Below are positions 26,511 to 40,445 of a stretch of 64,000 bases of DNA, piece after piece (within the stretch, counting starts at the first letter, position 1; every line of letters starts with the position of its first letter). The notes under the pieces were generated by a model, which made no database searches, was not told the origin of the DNA, and saw only the letters and a program-made list of their open reading frames with translations. The stretch comes from the human T2T-CHM13v2.0 reference genome, Homo sapiens. The stretch lies in assembly GCF_009914755.1 (NCBI RefSeq), contig NC_060937.1; one strand, given 5' to 3'. A program made the position numbers and the translations under genes.

Positions 26511-26809
26511 CATAAAAATGGTATAGGATTGAACCAAGAGGTATAAAAATCCAACTAGTTAGAATCTTGGACAGAGAGAACAGAGATAAGGGGGAAAGAG
26601 ATTATTAAAAAAAAAAAAAAAACACACAGTGGAAAAAAAAAAAGTCCAAGGCTAAACAAAGACAGGAGTCATTAAACACACAAGCAGACAAATTTATGGG
26701 ATGCAATAAAAAAAAGTGATCAGGGAAACTTATAGCTGTAAACACTAACATCAAAAAAGAAAAAAGATGTCAATTCAGCAACCCAACTTTGTAGCTTAGG
26801 GAGCTGTAT

Positions 26810-27040
26810 GTAGCTGGTCAGGCAGGAATATGGGTAGCCTGGGCATCAGATTTATGGTTGATATCTGAAGTGGGGCAGTCCTGCAGGCTGGGCCCTTAAT
26901 CTGTGGGGTCTGAAGGTTAACTCCAGGAGTTAATGTCAGAGTTGAAATGAATTACTGGAGATCCAGTTGGTGTCCAGTGAATTGGAGAATTGGTGTTAGA
27001 AAAACATTACATATTTGTTGTCAGGAAGAAAGAACATCAG
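26810..27040 (+). mobile_element. LTR-element fragment (MER21-like)
   Basis: atctgaagtggggcagtcc...taactccagg...gtcagagttgaa motif, interrupting L1 sequence. Confidence 0.55.
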
Positions 27041-27547
27041 ACGGCAGTACTACTCAAAGTGATCTACATATCTGATGCAATCCCTATCAAAACCCCAATG
27101 ACACTTTTTGCAGAAACAGAAAAACCTAAAATTCATATGAAATCTTGAGGGACCTTAATAGCCAAAACAATTTTAAAAAGAAAAAAAATTGGACTCACTG
27201 ATTTCAAAACTTACTACAAAGCTACAGTAATTAAAACAGTATGGTACTGGAATAAGAAGAGACATATAGACTAAAGGAATAGAGAGCCCAGAAATAAATC
27301 CTTGCATATATGATCAAATGATTCTGACAAGGGTGTTCAGACCATTCAATGGGGAAATGACAGTCTCTCTAACAAATTGTTCTGGGACAACTAGATAGCC
27401 ATATGCCAAAGAATGAAGTTGGACTCCTACTTCATATCATATTTAAAAATTAAAGATAGATTTAAAAATCTAAGTATAAGACCTAAAACTATAGCGCTCT
27501 TAGAAGAAAACATACATGGAAATCTTTGTGAATTGGATTGGGCAATA

Positions 27548-30500
27548 CAGTTGACCCCTGAATAACATGGGGGTTAGGGACACTAAACCCCTGCACAGTT
27601 GAAAATCCACATATAACTTTTGACTCTTTAAAAACTTTACTAATAGCCTACTGTTGACTGGAAGCCTTAGAGATAACATAAACAGTTAATATATTTTGTA
27701 TATGTATTATATACTGTATTCTTACAATAAAGGAAGCTAGAGAAAATGTTAAGAAAATCATAAGAGAAAATATACCTTACTATTCATTAAGTGCAAGTGG
27801 GTCATCAGAAAGGTCTTCATCCTCATTGTCTTCACATTCCGTAGGCTAAGGAAGAGGAGTTGTTAGTTTGGTCTTGCTGTCTCAGGTGGCAGAAGTGGAA
27901 GAGGTGGAGGAGGTAGAAGGGGAGGCAGCAGAGGCAGGCACACTCAGTGTAACTTCACAGAAATACCTTGTAATTTCTGTCTAATTTTTTTGTTATTTCT
28001 CTAAAATCCTTCTTCTGCTGTTTGCTTTAGTTTCAGTCTCCATATCATAGAGGGATCCATGTCATAAAAAGCAAAAGCAGTCTTTAATAATTGGAACTCT
28101 TCTGCCAATTGTCTAATGTCAATTTGTTTTCCGGCACTGCTTCTATGTCTTCTTCCTCATTGTCTGGCACTGGTTCAGAAGCACTCATCTCCATCAAGTC
28201 ATCTTCTGTTAATTCTTCTGGTGTGGTGTCTTCTAGCTCTTTAATTTCTTCTAGAAATCCGTATCTTGAAACCCTCAGCCCTCACCTTTTTTTTTTTTTT
28301 TTTTTGCCGTATTCACAATCTCTTTCATGATTTCCTTGGTTAGCTTTGTCGTAAATCCTGTGAAGTCATGCACAACATCTGGGCAGTTTTCTCCAGCAGG
28401 AATGTATTGCTTGGGGCTTGATAACTTTCATGGCTTTTTCTATAACAATGATGGTATTTTCAATATTATCATCCTTCCAGACTTTCATGTTCTATCAGGG
28501 TTCTCTTCCACGGCACTGACAATCTTTTCCAAAGAGTACTTTGTGTAACAAGGCTTAAAGGTCCTTATGACACCCTGATCTAGAGGCTGAATTACAGATG
28601 TTGAGTTTGGGGGCCGATAGACACCTCCAGTGTTGAACTCATGGAGTTCTGGGTGGCCAGAGAGCATTGCCCAATATCAAAAGAACTTTAAAAGGCAGTC
28701 CCTTACAGGCAACATACTTCCTGATCTCAGGGACAAAAGCATTGATGGAACCAATGCAGAGAAAGGGTTCTTGTTGCCCAGACATTCTGTTGTACAACCA
28801 AAAGACTGGCAGCTGGTATTTATCTTTATCTTCAAGGCTTGGGGGTTAGCAGCTTTATAGATAAGAATATTACTGATCTTAAGACCAACTGCATTTGTAT
28901 AAAATAATAGAGATAGCCTATCTCTTCCTGCAAATCCTGGTTTTCATTTCTCTTCCTTACAAATAAATGTCCTTTGTGGCATTTTTTTTTCTACAAACAG
29001 GGAAATTTCATCTTCATTAAAAACCTGTTGAGGCAAATAATCCTTTCTCCTCAGTGATTTTCTTTTTTTTTTCTTTCATAATTGAGATTTTATTGGTTGG
29101 GTCGAGGATCAGCACACAGACATTTCAATTTGTACACAATTCTTCACATATGTACCAAAAATCTAAAAAGCCATGTATTGCAAATTCTTTGTGAAGTTAC
29201 TCTAGTGACTTTCCAGCTTAATATCCGGAGGCAAAATTTCCTTAAGAGGCTATCACGTACCAATATCTTCACATGTTGATAAGCTGTTAAATACGTCCTA
29301 CCAATTCATAACTGAATAGCATGTACACTACATACTCAAATTTTCATTCACAGCACATTCACAAAGTTATTGGAAAACAGGACTATCACAACTAAATATG
29401 TTACAGAGTGCACACAATTCAGACAGGGAAATCCACGAATATGGAGTGGTTTTCTTTAGGAAACAATTCTACTAAAAAACAACAAGGGAACAGAAGTAAT
29501 TTAAGATGTTTAAGACATTCAGTACAGGACCGTGACTCCATATTGCTGTTTAGTATGCTTTGTATTATAGGATATAAAAACTAACCCCCCATCTATGGAA
29601 TGTTAACCTGACACCTAAGATAGTCAAAGCCTCCTATAATTCAATATCTCACACTATTTTCTGGTTGTACCCAAAAATAAACTGGTGAATGATTTAGCTC
29701 TTTTTAAAAAAAGCATTTACACTTAAAAAATGGGATGAGGTGGGATTCCTTCCTTCTTCAAAATGTTTCTAGAGCTACTAAAAAACTTGCATTTACAAAA
29801 TAGTTGATAAAAATATTCCTCTGAATTGTACAAGAAGGGAGACAGGAACCACTGATAAGACATGGTATAGGATATTAATCAGACTTGGCTTCTTTCTCTC
29901 TAGCTTCATTGGAGGCTGAACTCTCCACGGTTTTTGTTTCTCCATTTTCTGCAGGCAAATCTTCTTTACTTTCTTGATTAGCCACTTCAGCCCATTTTCC
30001 CTTTGCTCCTCCTTTCCCTTTTGTTTGCACGTTCTGTCTGGAGATTTACCCTTTTCTGCTGCCTTTTCTGGCTTAGTTTCCACTTTCGCAGGGGCAGGTT
30101 TAGCTGACAAGTGTGCAGATCTCCTCTCATGAGCTACTCCTTCGCTGTCCCTTCGGTGGAGCTGACCTTCCTCTTGGCATCCTAGCAGCAGGGAGGGTGT
30201 GTGCCAAGTGCCTGCAGGCTGCAGCCTTTCCGCAGCCTCAGCACACTGAGAGAGACCCTTAGCAAAGCTGGGCTGCCTGGCTGCTGCCTCTTGGTTGGCA
30301 GGAGCTGCTTCTCCTATTATCTTGACTTTTAAAAACCAAACCTCATTCTAAAATTATCAAACCATCCTTTGCTGGCATTAAATTCTCCAGTTTTAGATCC
30401 TGCACCTTACTTTTGCTTTAAGTTGTCACATAATGACTTTTCTTTTTCTTGAATTATATTAGTCTACAGGTAAGCCTTTCTTATAGTAATCCTGCACCCA

Positions 30501-31283
30501 CATAAAAGCTGCATTTTTAATATGAGATAAATAGGTATTTTGCAAGAATTATAAAGTTTTGGTGCTGCTGACACAGCTGCAGTGACAACTTCACAAAATT
30601 TTCATTTCTTTTTTCAATGGTCCTTACGCTGGATACATTTATCTTGAAATGGATAACCACATGTGACGACCTCAATCTGTTGTACATATCAAGCAATTCG
30701 ACTTTTTTTTGTAATATCATGGCTTTCTTCTCTGCTTCTTGGGAGCACTTCCGGCATCACCAGTGATAATCCATGACTTCATTTGGGTCCCATGGTATTA
30801 TTCAAGTTTTATGGTATTGCACTAAACACGGTATGAACTGCTCATGTGGAGATGATTAGTGTTTTAAGCAGATACACCACTTGAGCTCACTCCAACAGCA
30901 ACAGGAGGTGGCTACGATATTATTACAGTAGCATAGTATATACTACAGTTAATTTTATGTTTGTTTATATTTCTCAACTGCCTATGATGCCATGTATGGT
31001 CTGTGTTTGTGTGCATACATTTATCAATTTTAACTTTTAATAATAGACTTGTGGATATTTTATACAGTAAATAATAAAACACACTAGTATCTACATATGT
31101 TTTATGCATTCATGACATACCTAGCTTTTTAGTCTTTTCAATATTTCTAGGCTACATGGTTCTTCTGCAAGTTTTTTCAAATTGTTGCAAATATCCAAAA
31201 ATTTTTCCAATATGTTTGTTGAAAAAAATCTACAGATAGGTGGACCTGTGCGGTTCAAACCTGTGTTGTTAAAGGGTCAAATG
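27548..31283 (-). mobile_element. Full-length Tigger2-like DNA transposon (decayed transposase)
   Basis: ~24-bp TIRs (cagttgacccctgaataacatggg / cctgtgttgttaaagggtcaaatg) and TA TSD; DDE motif PPNSTSVIQPLDQGVIRTFK (28485..28667); HTH-like MILQKKVELLDMY (30517..30720). Confidence 0.93.
29063..30288 (-). pseudogene. HMGN1P24: HMGN1 processed pseudogene (CDS remnant 29875-30180, full 3' UTR and A tail)
   Basis: Intronless, frameshifted copy: LSAKPAPAKVETKP...AEVANQESKEDLPAENGETKTVESSASNEAREKEAKSD*; AATAAA at 29089-29094 then A tail. Parent gene is secure; the locus number is from memory and should be verified. Confidence 0.93.
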
Positions 31284-32611
31284 TAGTTTCTTAGCTATAG
31301 TACCAAAAACACAAGCAAGGAAAGACAAAAAAACCTGAGTATCAAAAATATAAACATTTGTACCACAGAGGACATCATCAAGAAAATGAAAAGACAACCA
31401 AAGATGGGAAAAAATTTTATAAATTACACCTGGTAAGGTACTTGTATGTAAAATATACAAAGAACTCTTACAAATACACAACAAAAAGAAAACACAATTC
31501 AAAAATGGGCAAAGGATCTCAATAGATATTTCTCTAAAAAAGATATACAGACTGCCAATAAGCACACAATAAGATGGTGAACATCATTTGCCATCAGGGA
31601 AATGCAAATCAAAACCACAGTGAGATACTACTTCTCAGCCACTATGATATTTTTAATCAAAAAGACATAATAAGTATTGACAAGGATGTAGGGAGATTAG
31701 AATCCTCATATACCTCTGGTGGAAATGTAAAATACAGCCAGTGGTTTTGGAAAACAGTCTGACAGTTCCTCAAGTGGTTAAACATAGAGTTACCATATGA
31801 CCCAGTGATTTCACTAAGTATAAACCCAAGGAAAATGAAAACATAATATCCACTTAAAACCTGTATATAAATATTCATAGGAATATATTTTAACAGCATA
31901 ATGCTAAGTGAAATAAGCCAGTTACTAATTATGACACTGGACAATCCTATCCATGTGAAATCTCTAGGCAAATCTGTGGAGACAGAAGTAGATTCGTAGT
32001 ACTTTATAGATCAGTTGTTCAGGGTCAGGGAGATAGGGAAATTAGGGCGTGAGCTAAAGAGGACAGGATTTCTTTATGAGGTAGTGAATATGTTCTAATT
32101 TTGATTGCTGTGATGGATGCACAACTCTATGAATATACTAAAAGCCATTGAACTATACACTTTGAATTAGTGAATTGTAAAGTATGTGAATTATATAACA
32201 AAGCGGTAGATAATTGTTTAAAATGCAAATAGAAACAATGTAATATGGGATTAATAATATATAATAGTAAAATGCATTATAACAATAGCATAAGAGAAAA
32301 GAGGAAAAAACAGAAGTATAAGGTTGCAAGGTTCCTACACTATATATGAAACAAAGTAATATAATTTAAGGCTGACTATAGTGTGTTAGAGACATATATT
32401 CTAAACTGTAGAGAAACTTCATTAAAAAATAAAGGGAGTATGGCTAATAAAATAATACTGGAGATAAAACGGAATTTGAAGAAAAAAACCCAAAACAAGG
32501 CAGAAAAAGAAGGAAAAAAGGCATAGGGAGCACAAATCAAACAGAAAAATAGGAAATGGCTTCTTTAAATCCAATCATATCCATAATTACAATAAATGTA
32601 ATGCTTTAAAT

Positions 32612-32910
32612 GAAAGGTTAGCAAACTTTTACTGTAAAAAGACAGATAATAAATATTTTTAGTTGTGGACTGTGTAATCTCCACCAAAACTATGCAACTG
32701 CCACTGCAAGCACAAAATAGCCACAGATAATACATGAATGAATGAGCAAATCTATGTTCCAATGAAATTTTAGAAAAACTAGAAATTTGGATATAATTTT
32801 CATGTACCACAAGTTATTACTCTTTTGATTTTTTCCAACCATTTAAAAATGTAAAAACAATTCTTAGGAGCTGTATAAAAGCAGATTTACCCACAGAACA
32901 CCCTTGTATA
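32612..32910. mobile_element. MER58B-like hAT-Charlie element
   Basis: aggttagcaaacttttactgtaaa...gataataaatattt...gttccaatgaaattt pattern. Confidence 0.7.
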
Positions 32911-33133
32911 AATTGGCCCACCCTTGTATAAATACTACAGTGACAAGCAGTCTTTAAGATTGGATAAAAAGACCCAACTATATGCTCTCTGCAAGAAACC
33001 CACCCTTATATACTAACAGATTTTAAGTAAAAGGATAAAAAATACACTATGCAAACATTAAAAACACAAAAGCTTGAGGGTCTATATAAACATCAGATAA
33101 TGCAGTCTCCAGAATGAGAGATTACAGGCTAAA

Positions 33134-35287
33134 TGTATAGTTTGAATTTTTGTCCCCATCTATATCTCATATTGAATTGAGTTGTAGTTCCCAATGCTGG
33201 AGGTGGGGGCTTGGTGGGAGGTGGTTTGGCTCTTGGTGGCAGTCCTTCATGGCTTGGTGCTGTCTTTGTGATAGTGAGTTCTCATAAGATCTGGTTGTTT
33301 AAAAGTGTGTGGTATACTGTACCCACCTTACTCTCTCTCATCTTGCTCCTGCTTTCACCATGTGATATGCCTGCTCCCACTTCACCTTCGCTACCAGTAA
33401 AAGCTCCCTGAGGCCTCCCCCATTTATGAGGTAGTGAAAATGTTCTAAAGCTGATTGCCGTGATGGATGCACAACTCCGTGAATACCCTAAAAGTGATTG
33501 AACTATACATTTTGATCGGTGAATTGTATAGTATGTGAATTATATCTCCCCAGAACCCAAGTGATGTTGGCACCATGCTTGTACAGCCTGAGAACCATGA
33601 ACCATAAATCTCTTTATAAATCACCCAGTCTCAGGTATTTTTTTATGGCAGTGCAAGAATGGCCTAATACAGAAAATTGGTACCAAGGAGTGGGACACTG
33701 CTATAAAGATACCTGAAAACGTGGACACAACTTTGGAATTGGGTAATAGCAGAGGCTGGAAGAGTTTGGAGGGCTCAAAAGAAAACAGGAAGATAAAGGA
33801 AAGTTTGGAACATCTCAGAGATTGGTTAATGGTCGTGACCAAAATGCTGATAGTGATATGGACAGTGAAGTGAGCTCTCAGATGGAAATGAGGAACTGGC
33901 TGGGAACTGGAGCAAAGTCATACATGTTATGCTTTAACAAAGAACTTGGCTGCATTCTGTTTGTGCCCTAGGGATCTGTGGAAGTTTGACTTCAAAGCGA
34001 TGATTTAGGGTATCTGGTAGAAGAAATTTCTAAGCAGTAAAGTATTTAATATGTGTCCTGGCTGTTTCTAGCAAGCTATGCTCAGATGTGGGAGTAAAGA
34101 AATGATTTAAAGTTGGAACTTTTAAAAGGGAAGCAGGGTGTAAAAGTGGAAAATTTGCAGCCTGGCCATGTAGAAAATAAAAGCTTGTTTTCAAAGGAAG
34201 AATCCAAGCAAGCTGTGGAGCAACCACTTGCTAGAGATATTCGCATAACCAAAAGTGAGCCAAGAGCTAACATCCAAGACAATGAGAAAAAGTCCTCAAA
34301 AGCATTTCAGAGACCTTTGCAGCAGCCCTTCCCATTACAGGCCCAGAGACCTAGAAGGGAAGAATGGTTTCATGGTCCAGGCCCAGGGTCCTGCTGCCCT
34401 GCACAGCCTCAAGACACTGTTTTCCTCATTCTGACCACTCTGGCTCCAGCATCGGCTAAAGGAGCCCCAGATATAGCTCAGACTGCTACTTCAGAGGGTG
34501 CAAGCCATTAGCCTCAGTGGCTGGCATGTGGTGTTAAGCCTGTAGGCATGCAGAGTGCAAGAGTGAATGAGGCTTGGCAGCCATCGTCTAGATTTCAGAG
34601 AATGTATTAAAAAAAGTCTGGGTATCTAGGCAGAAGCCTGCTGCAAGGGTAGAGTCTTAGAGAGAACCTCTACTAGGGAAGTATGGAGTGAAAAAGTGGG
34701 ATTGTACCCCCCACAGAGAGTCCCCACTGGGGTACTGCCTAGCAGAGCTATGAGAAGAGGGCCACTGTCCTCCAGAGCCCAAAACAGTAGATCCACTGGC
34801 AGCTTGCACCTTCAGTGTGGAAAAGCTGTAGGCACTCAACTCTAGCCTGTGAGAGTAGCCTCGGGGGTTGAACACGGCAAGGCCACAGGGGTGGAACTGC
34901 TCAAGGCTTTGGGAGCCCACCCTTCATATCAGTGTACTTGGATGTGGGACATGGAGTCAAAGGAGATTATTTCGGAGCTTTATGATTTAATGACTGCCCT
35001 GCTGGGTTTTGGACCTGTGTGGGCCTGTAGCCCCTTTCTTTTGGCCAATTTTTTCCTTTTGGAAGAGGAATGTTTATCCAATGCTTACATCTCCTTTGTA
35101 TCTTGGAAATAACTAACTTGTTTTTTATTTTACAGGCTCATAGGCGAAGGGATTTGCCTCAGATCTCATGTCCTTCTCACATTATAAAATACAATCATGC
35201 CTTCCCAATAGTCTCCTAAAGTCTTAACTCATTCCAGCATTAACTCAAAACTCCAAAGTCCAAAGTCTCATCTGAGGCAATCTCCTT
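33134..35287 (+). mobile_element. MST-type MaLR: 5' LTR (33134-33672) plus internal region; 3' LTR missing
   Basis: LTR ends ctaataca, followed by the internal start gaaaattggtacc; final internal segment inverted (35165-35269). Confidence 0.9.
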
Positions 35288-36350
35288 TGACTTCAACTCA
35301 TTCTATTAGACAAGCATTACTTTGACATTAACACCAGATAAAGGCATTAAGAAAATTATAGAACAATATTCTCCATGAACACAGATGCAAAAATCTTTAA
35401 GAAAATTTCAGGAAATTAAAACCAGCAATATATAAAAAGGATCCTCCATCATAGCCAAGTAGACTTTATCTCAGAAATACAAGGTTGATTAAACACTGTA
35501 ATGTCAATCAGTATAATTTATATATTAACTACAAGAGAAAAGCCATATGATCATCTCAACAGATATTGAAAAAGCATTTGACATACTCAAGTATCAATTT
35601 ATGATTAAAACTCCCAGTAAACTAGGAATAAAAGGAAACTTTTACAGCCTGATAAAGGACATCTATGAAGACCCAAAGCTAACATCATCCATAATGGTCT
35701 AAAACTAAATGCCTTCTCACTAAGATGAAAAACAGGCATGGAAGGGTATCTGTTCTCAACCCAGAGGCCCTTGCCAGTCCAGCACAACAAGAAAAATAAA
35801 TAAAACACATTACTATGAAGACTGGAAAGGAAAAAGTAAAACTATTTTTATTTGCTGAAGATATGATCCACTGTGAAGACAATCCTGTGAACTCTACAAC
35901 TATAACAGGACCCATTATGAAAAAATTCCTAAGAACTCTACTAGAACTAATAAGTGAGTATAGCAAAGCCACAGGACATAAGTCCAATATACAAAAATTA
36001 ATTGTATTTCTATGTATTAGCAACCAACAAGAAATTTAAAAATACCATTTATATTAGCATTCAGTTATAAAATTCTTAGTAAAATATGTACACTGCAAAC
36101 TAAAACTCTGCTAGGAGTAATTAAAGACCAAAATAAATCAAGAAACATATCGTATTTATGAATTGGAAGCTCAACATAATCAACACATTAATCTTCACCA
36201 AACTGATTTAAAACAAGAGTTGCAATCAAAATCTCAGTGGGCTTTTTTGTTTTCCAAAGAAATTCAAAATCCAAAACTTAAAAAAGAGCAAAAATCTTGA
36301 ATAGGCACTTTGCAAAAAAACTTATAATATACAGATGGCCAATAAGCACA

Positions 36351-36767
36351 ACGATATGGTTTGGATCTGTGTCCTCACCAAATCTCATCCCCAGTGTTGG
36401 AGGTGGGAGGGTATAATTCCCTGGTAGGAGGTAACTGGACCACGGGGGCAGAGTCCTCATGAATGGGTTAGCAGCATTCCCTCGGTGCTCTTCTTGTGAT
36501 AGTGAGTGAGTTAGTGTGAGATCTGGTTGTTTAAAAGTGTGTGGCACCTTCCCCTTCTCTCTCGTGGTCCTGTTCCTCCAATGTAAGACACCTGCTCCTG
36601 CTTTGCCTTCCACCATGAATAAAAGCTCCTTGAGGCTTCCCCAGAAGCAGATGCTGCCATGCTTCTTGTAGAGCCTGTGGAACCACATGAGCCAATTAAA
36701 CCTCTTTTCTTTATAAATTACCCAGTCTCAGGTATTTCTTAATGGCAGTGTAAGAACGAACTAATAT
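36351..36767 (+). mobile_element. MST-type MaLR solo LTR
   Basis: gatatggtttggatctgtgtcc...ttacccagtctcaggtatttc...ctaata. Confidence 0.9.
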
Positions 36768-37414
36768 TATAATTAGTCTGTAGGGAAATGTAAACTGAAA
36801 CTACAACAATATATCACTATGCATCCATTAAATTAAGAGAGTGATATCAAATGTTAGTGAGGAAGTACAGCAATTGGAACTCTCATATGTTGTTAGTTAG
36901 AATGTTACAACCACTTTGGAAAACAGCTTCTCAGCCTCTTAGGTTAAATACAAGCTTTCCATATGACCCAACACCCCCATACTACTAGGTATTTACAGAA
37001 GAGAAATGAAAACATATGGTCCAGACTAAGACTAATAATAGCCCCAAACTGGAAATAACCCAAAGGTTCATCAAATAGAAAGGATAAGCATAGAATAGTA
37101 TATCTATACAATGGAATAGCATTCAAGAATAAAAAGGAATAATCTACTGATATATTCAACAACATGATAAGTCTTTGGTTTCAATTTTGTGAATTCAAAC
37201 AAAAGAATATATACTTATTCAATGTATGGCACTGGAGGAAAGGCACAACTGTTACAACAGAAAGCAGCTTAGTGATTGTAAGAGTTGGGTGTGGAAAGGA
37301 AGGTTCTGCCACAAAGGTGAATTGCAGAGCTGCATGAGGTAAGGAAAATGTTCTACATCTTGATTGTGATGGTGGTTACATGACTGTATATATTAGTAAA
37401 AAGTCACTAAACTG

Positions 37415-37738
<324 letters not shown>

Positions 37739-37874
37739 TTATACCTCAGTAAAGATTAATAAAAACAAAAAATCAAAGTGTAACATAAGATCATAAACAT
37801 TCTGGTATAATCAGTAAGTATAAGGGTAACAACTCAAAAGTTAGAAAAATTTATACTCAGATTAAAAGGAAAGA

Positions 37875-38165
37875 TCACGTGCAGTGCCTCAGGCCTGTAA
37901 TCCCAGCACTTTGCGGGGCTAAGGTAGGCAGATTGCTTCAGGCCAGGAGTTGGAGACCAGCCTGGACAACATAGCAAGACCCTGTCCCTACAGGAGAAAC
38001 AAAATTAGCTGGGCATGGTGGCACATGCCTGTGGTCCCAGATACTTGGGAGGCTGAGTGGCAGGATTGCTTGAGCCCAGGAGTTTGAGGCTGCAGTGAGC
38101 TATGATTGCCACTGCATTCCAGCTTGGGCAACAGAGTGGCAGCCTGTCTCTAAAACACAAAAACA
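37875..38165 (+). mobile_element. AluJ-like
   Basis: Diverged dimer with ttgagcccaggagtttgaggctgcagtgagctatga. Confidence 0.92.
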
Positions 38166-38601
38166 TTGGAAGGAAAAAAACCACAATGTAAGTATAAAAA
38201 ATATATACCTAAAACTTACGAATGTTGAAAATAAAAGGCTGAAGACATGCAAAAGCAAATTCAAAAAAATTCTAAAAATTCTAAAAGCAAATTCTAAAAA
38301 ATAGCAAAGATTATAACATTAGAAGCTTCATTAAAGAAAAAAGCCATGATGAAAAACTTAAATTCTAAGAGGGAGCAATATTACAGATGACATTCATTGC
38401 CCATCATGAAATTAAACTAGAAATTGATACCAAAATTAGGAGAAAACCCACTACTATAGGAAATTAAAATGAAAACAACAACTTCTCTTTGAACCAAATA
38501 AAAAATTAAATCCAAACTATATTATAAAAATTATAATAAAAGTCTAGTATTTATCAGAATCAGAACCTGGGAGAAAAATGCATAGCACCAAAAATACCCT
38601 G

Positions 38602-38897
38602 GCCAGGCACTCATGCCTATTATCCCAACGTTTTGGGAGGCCAAGGCGGGAGGATGGCTTGAGCCAGGGAGTTCCAGAACAGCCCCGGGCAATGCAGTGA
38701 GCCCTCGTCTCTACTGAAAACAACAATAATAAATTAGCTGGGAGCAATGGTGCACGCCTGTAGTCCCAGCTACTCAGGAGGCTGAGGCTGGAAAATTGCT
38801 TGAGCCCAGGAGATCGAGGATGCAATGAGCCATGACTATGCACTACATGCAAGCCTGGGAGGCAGTGTGAGACCCTGTCTCAAAAAAGAAAAGAAAA
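38602..38897 (+). mobile_element. AluJ-like
   Basis: Diverged dimer with A-rich tail. Confidence 0.92.
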
Positions 38898-40044
38898 TCT
38901 TTGCATTGACATCTGTTTCCAGAACAACATGGCGGCAGCTTATTTGTGAATTGTCCCTCTTTCTTGTTGTTAATAATATATAACAACAAGAAGAAAACAA
39001 AACAAAATCCACAAACAACATTTCAGCAAAACTAAGAAACAGAAAACCTGCAAACTCAAAATTGTGGTTAAGTACTGCTGAAAACAGAGTTGTACAGCAG
39101 AACTGGATGGGAAGTTGCAAAGGTACTATGGAAGAGAAACATGTTAAGGGAAAGGTGGTCTGACAGGTGCTGAGAAGTCTCTAGCATCTTCCAGAAGAGC
39201 AAGAGCCTGTTACTGAGAGGAAGTGCCTGTGAGTGTGATGTAGCTTGAACAGGGCAGGACTGATTACTGGGGAGGCAGAGAGAGAAAGCTAATCAAGGCT
39301 CAGGCTGTGGGTACAGAGGGGGAAGATCTCACAAAATACCAGCTATAGTGGCGTCACCTGGGATGGCAAGAGGAGGGATTTATGAAACAGAGACCTGCAG
39401 GAAGAAGCCTTTCTCAACCAGGCTAGGACTTGAGAGCCAGAGCTGCGGACACATGGAAGAGTTACCTCTAGGCCTTTCCCACAGCAGCAGTAGAGAAAAC
39501 ACTAAACTACAAAGCTGAAACAACCATGACCCATTATATATTACCTTCCCTAGGATCCTCCTGTGCTCCAAGTCTAGGAAACTCTTTCATTCAAAAATTC
39601 ATTCAAAATACTATGAGAAATAAAAAATAGGCTAACATTCATACAGTTAATGAAAACTTACCCCAAAATCACACAAAGTAGATGACAATTATAACTTAAG
39701 ATTCCAAGATGAGCTAAAAAGTTTTTAAATATTGATAATATATTACCTTTCTTGGTGTTTCCCTTTATTATACTCTTGAATATGTTTAAGCTTCTATTAC
39801 ATTTGTCAACTTTCAACATCACTTGACTGCCAGTTATTACAAATAGAGTAGTAAGCAAGTTTATTCTTCTACTTTTTCTCCCTTTCTATTTTTTGTTGTT
39901 GTATTATTCCTGCCTTATTAGACTGTCTAACATTTATTTATATACCATTGTTATCCTTACATCTATCTTTGATTTAGTCACTGCTCACCACCAAAATAAA
40001 TAAGCTTATGGAAGCCCTAAAAGCATAATGAATAAAATAGACCT

Positions 40045-40128
40045 TATATATACACACACACACATATACATGTATACATATGTATGTATGTAATAGTATA
40101 TATGTATATATGTATGTATGTATCTATA
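40045..40128. repeat. Compound (TA)/(CA)/(TATG) microsatellite
   Basis: Directly visible low-complexity alternating purine-pyrimidine run. Confidence 0.85.
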
Positions 40129-40445
40129 CTTCGGTAAAGAGAATGCATCTTCTCTTTAAGAACTCATGAAACATTCATAAAAACTGGTATTAGGCCACAA
40201 AGAAAACAACAATAGATTGTAAAAGGAAGAAATAATACAGACAATATTATTTGATCTCAATACAATAACAATAGAAATAACAAAATCAGAAAACATAAAG
40301 GCTCTTTCACATAGGAAAACATCAGTCTTCATTATACAACTCTTAGGTCAAAGGGGTAGAATCAACTAAAACTGAGCTAACACAATGTAGAAAAACAGGA
40401 GAAAAATAAGAGAAAGCATGAATGTACAAAATAAGGAACGAAATA

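Larger units (their letters stand above)
27045..32210 (+). mobile_element. L1MB-like element interrupted by Tigger2
   Basis: L1 ORF2 sequence runs to 27547 (gggcaata) and resumes collinearly at 31286 (gtttcttagctat), ending in an L1M 3' end near 32200. Confidence 0.85.

Noticed and set aside
29793-30110. 105-aa HMGN1-like ORF as a functional retrogene
   Set aside because: Frameshift just after the ATG at 30180, damaged RRSARLSA core, TTG start, and a second frameshift mid-ORF.
28485-30720. Possible domesticated Tigger transposase gene
   Set aside because: Fragmented by stops and frameshifts and split by the HMGN1 retrocopy.
34113-34511. 132-aa ORF
   Set aside because: Remnant of the MaLR internal region.
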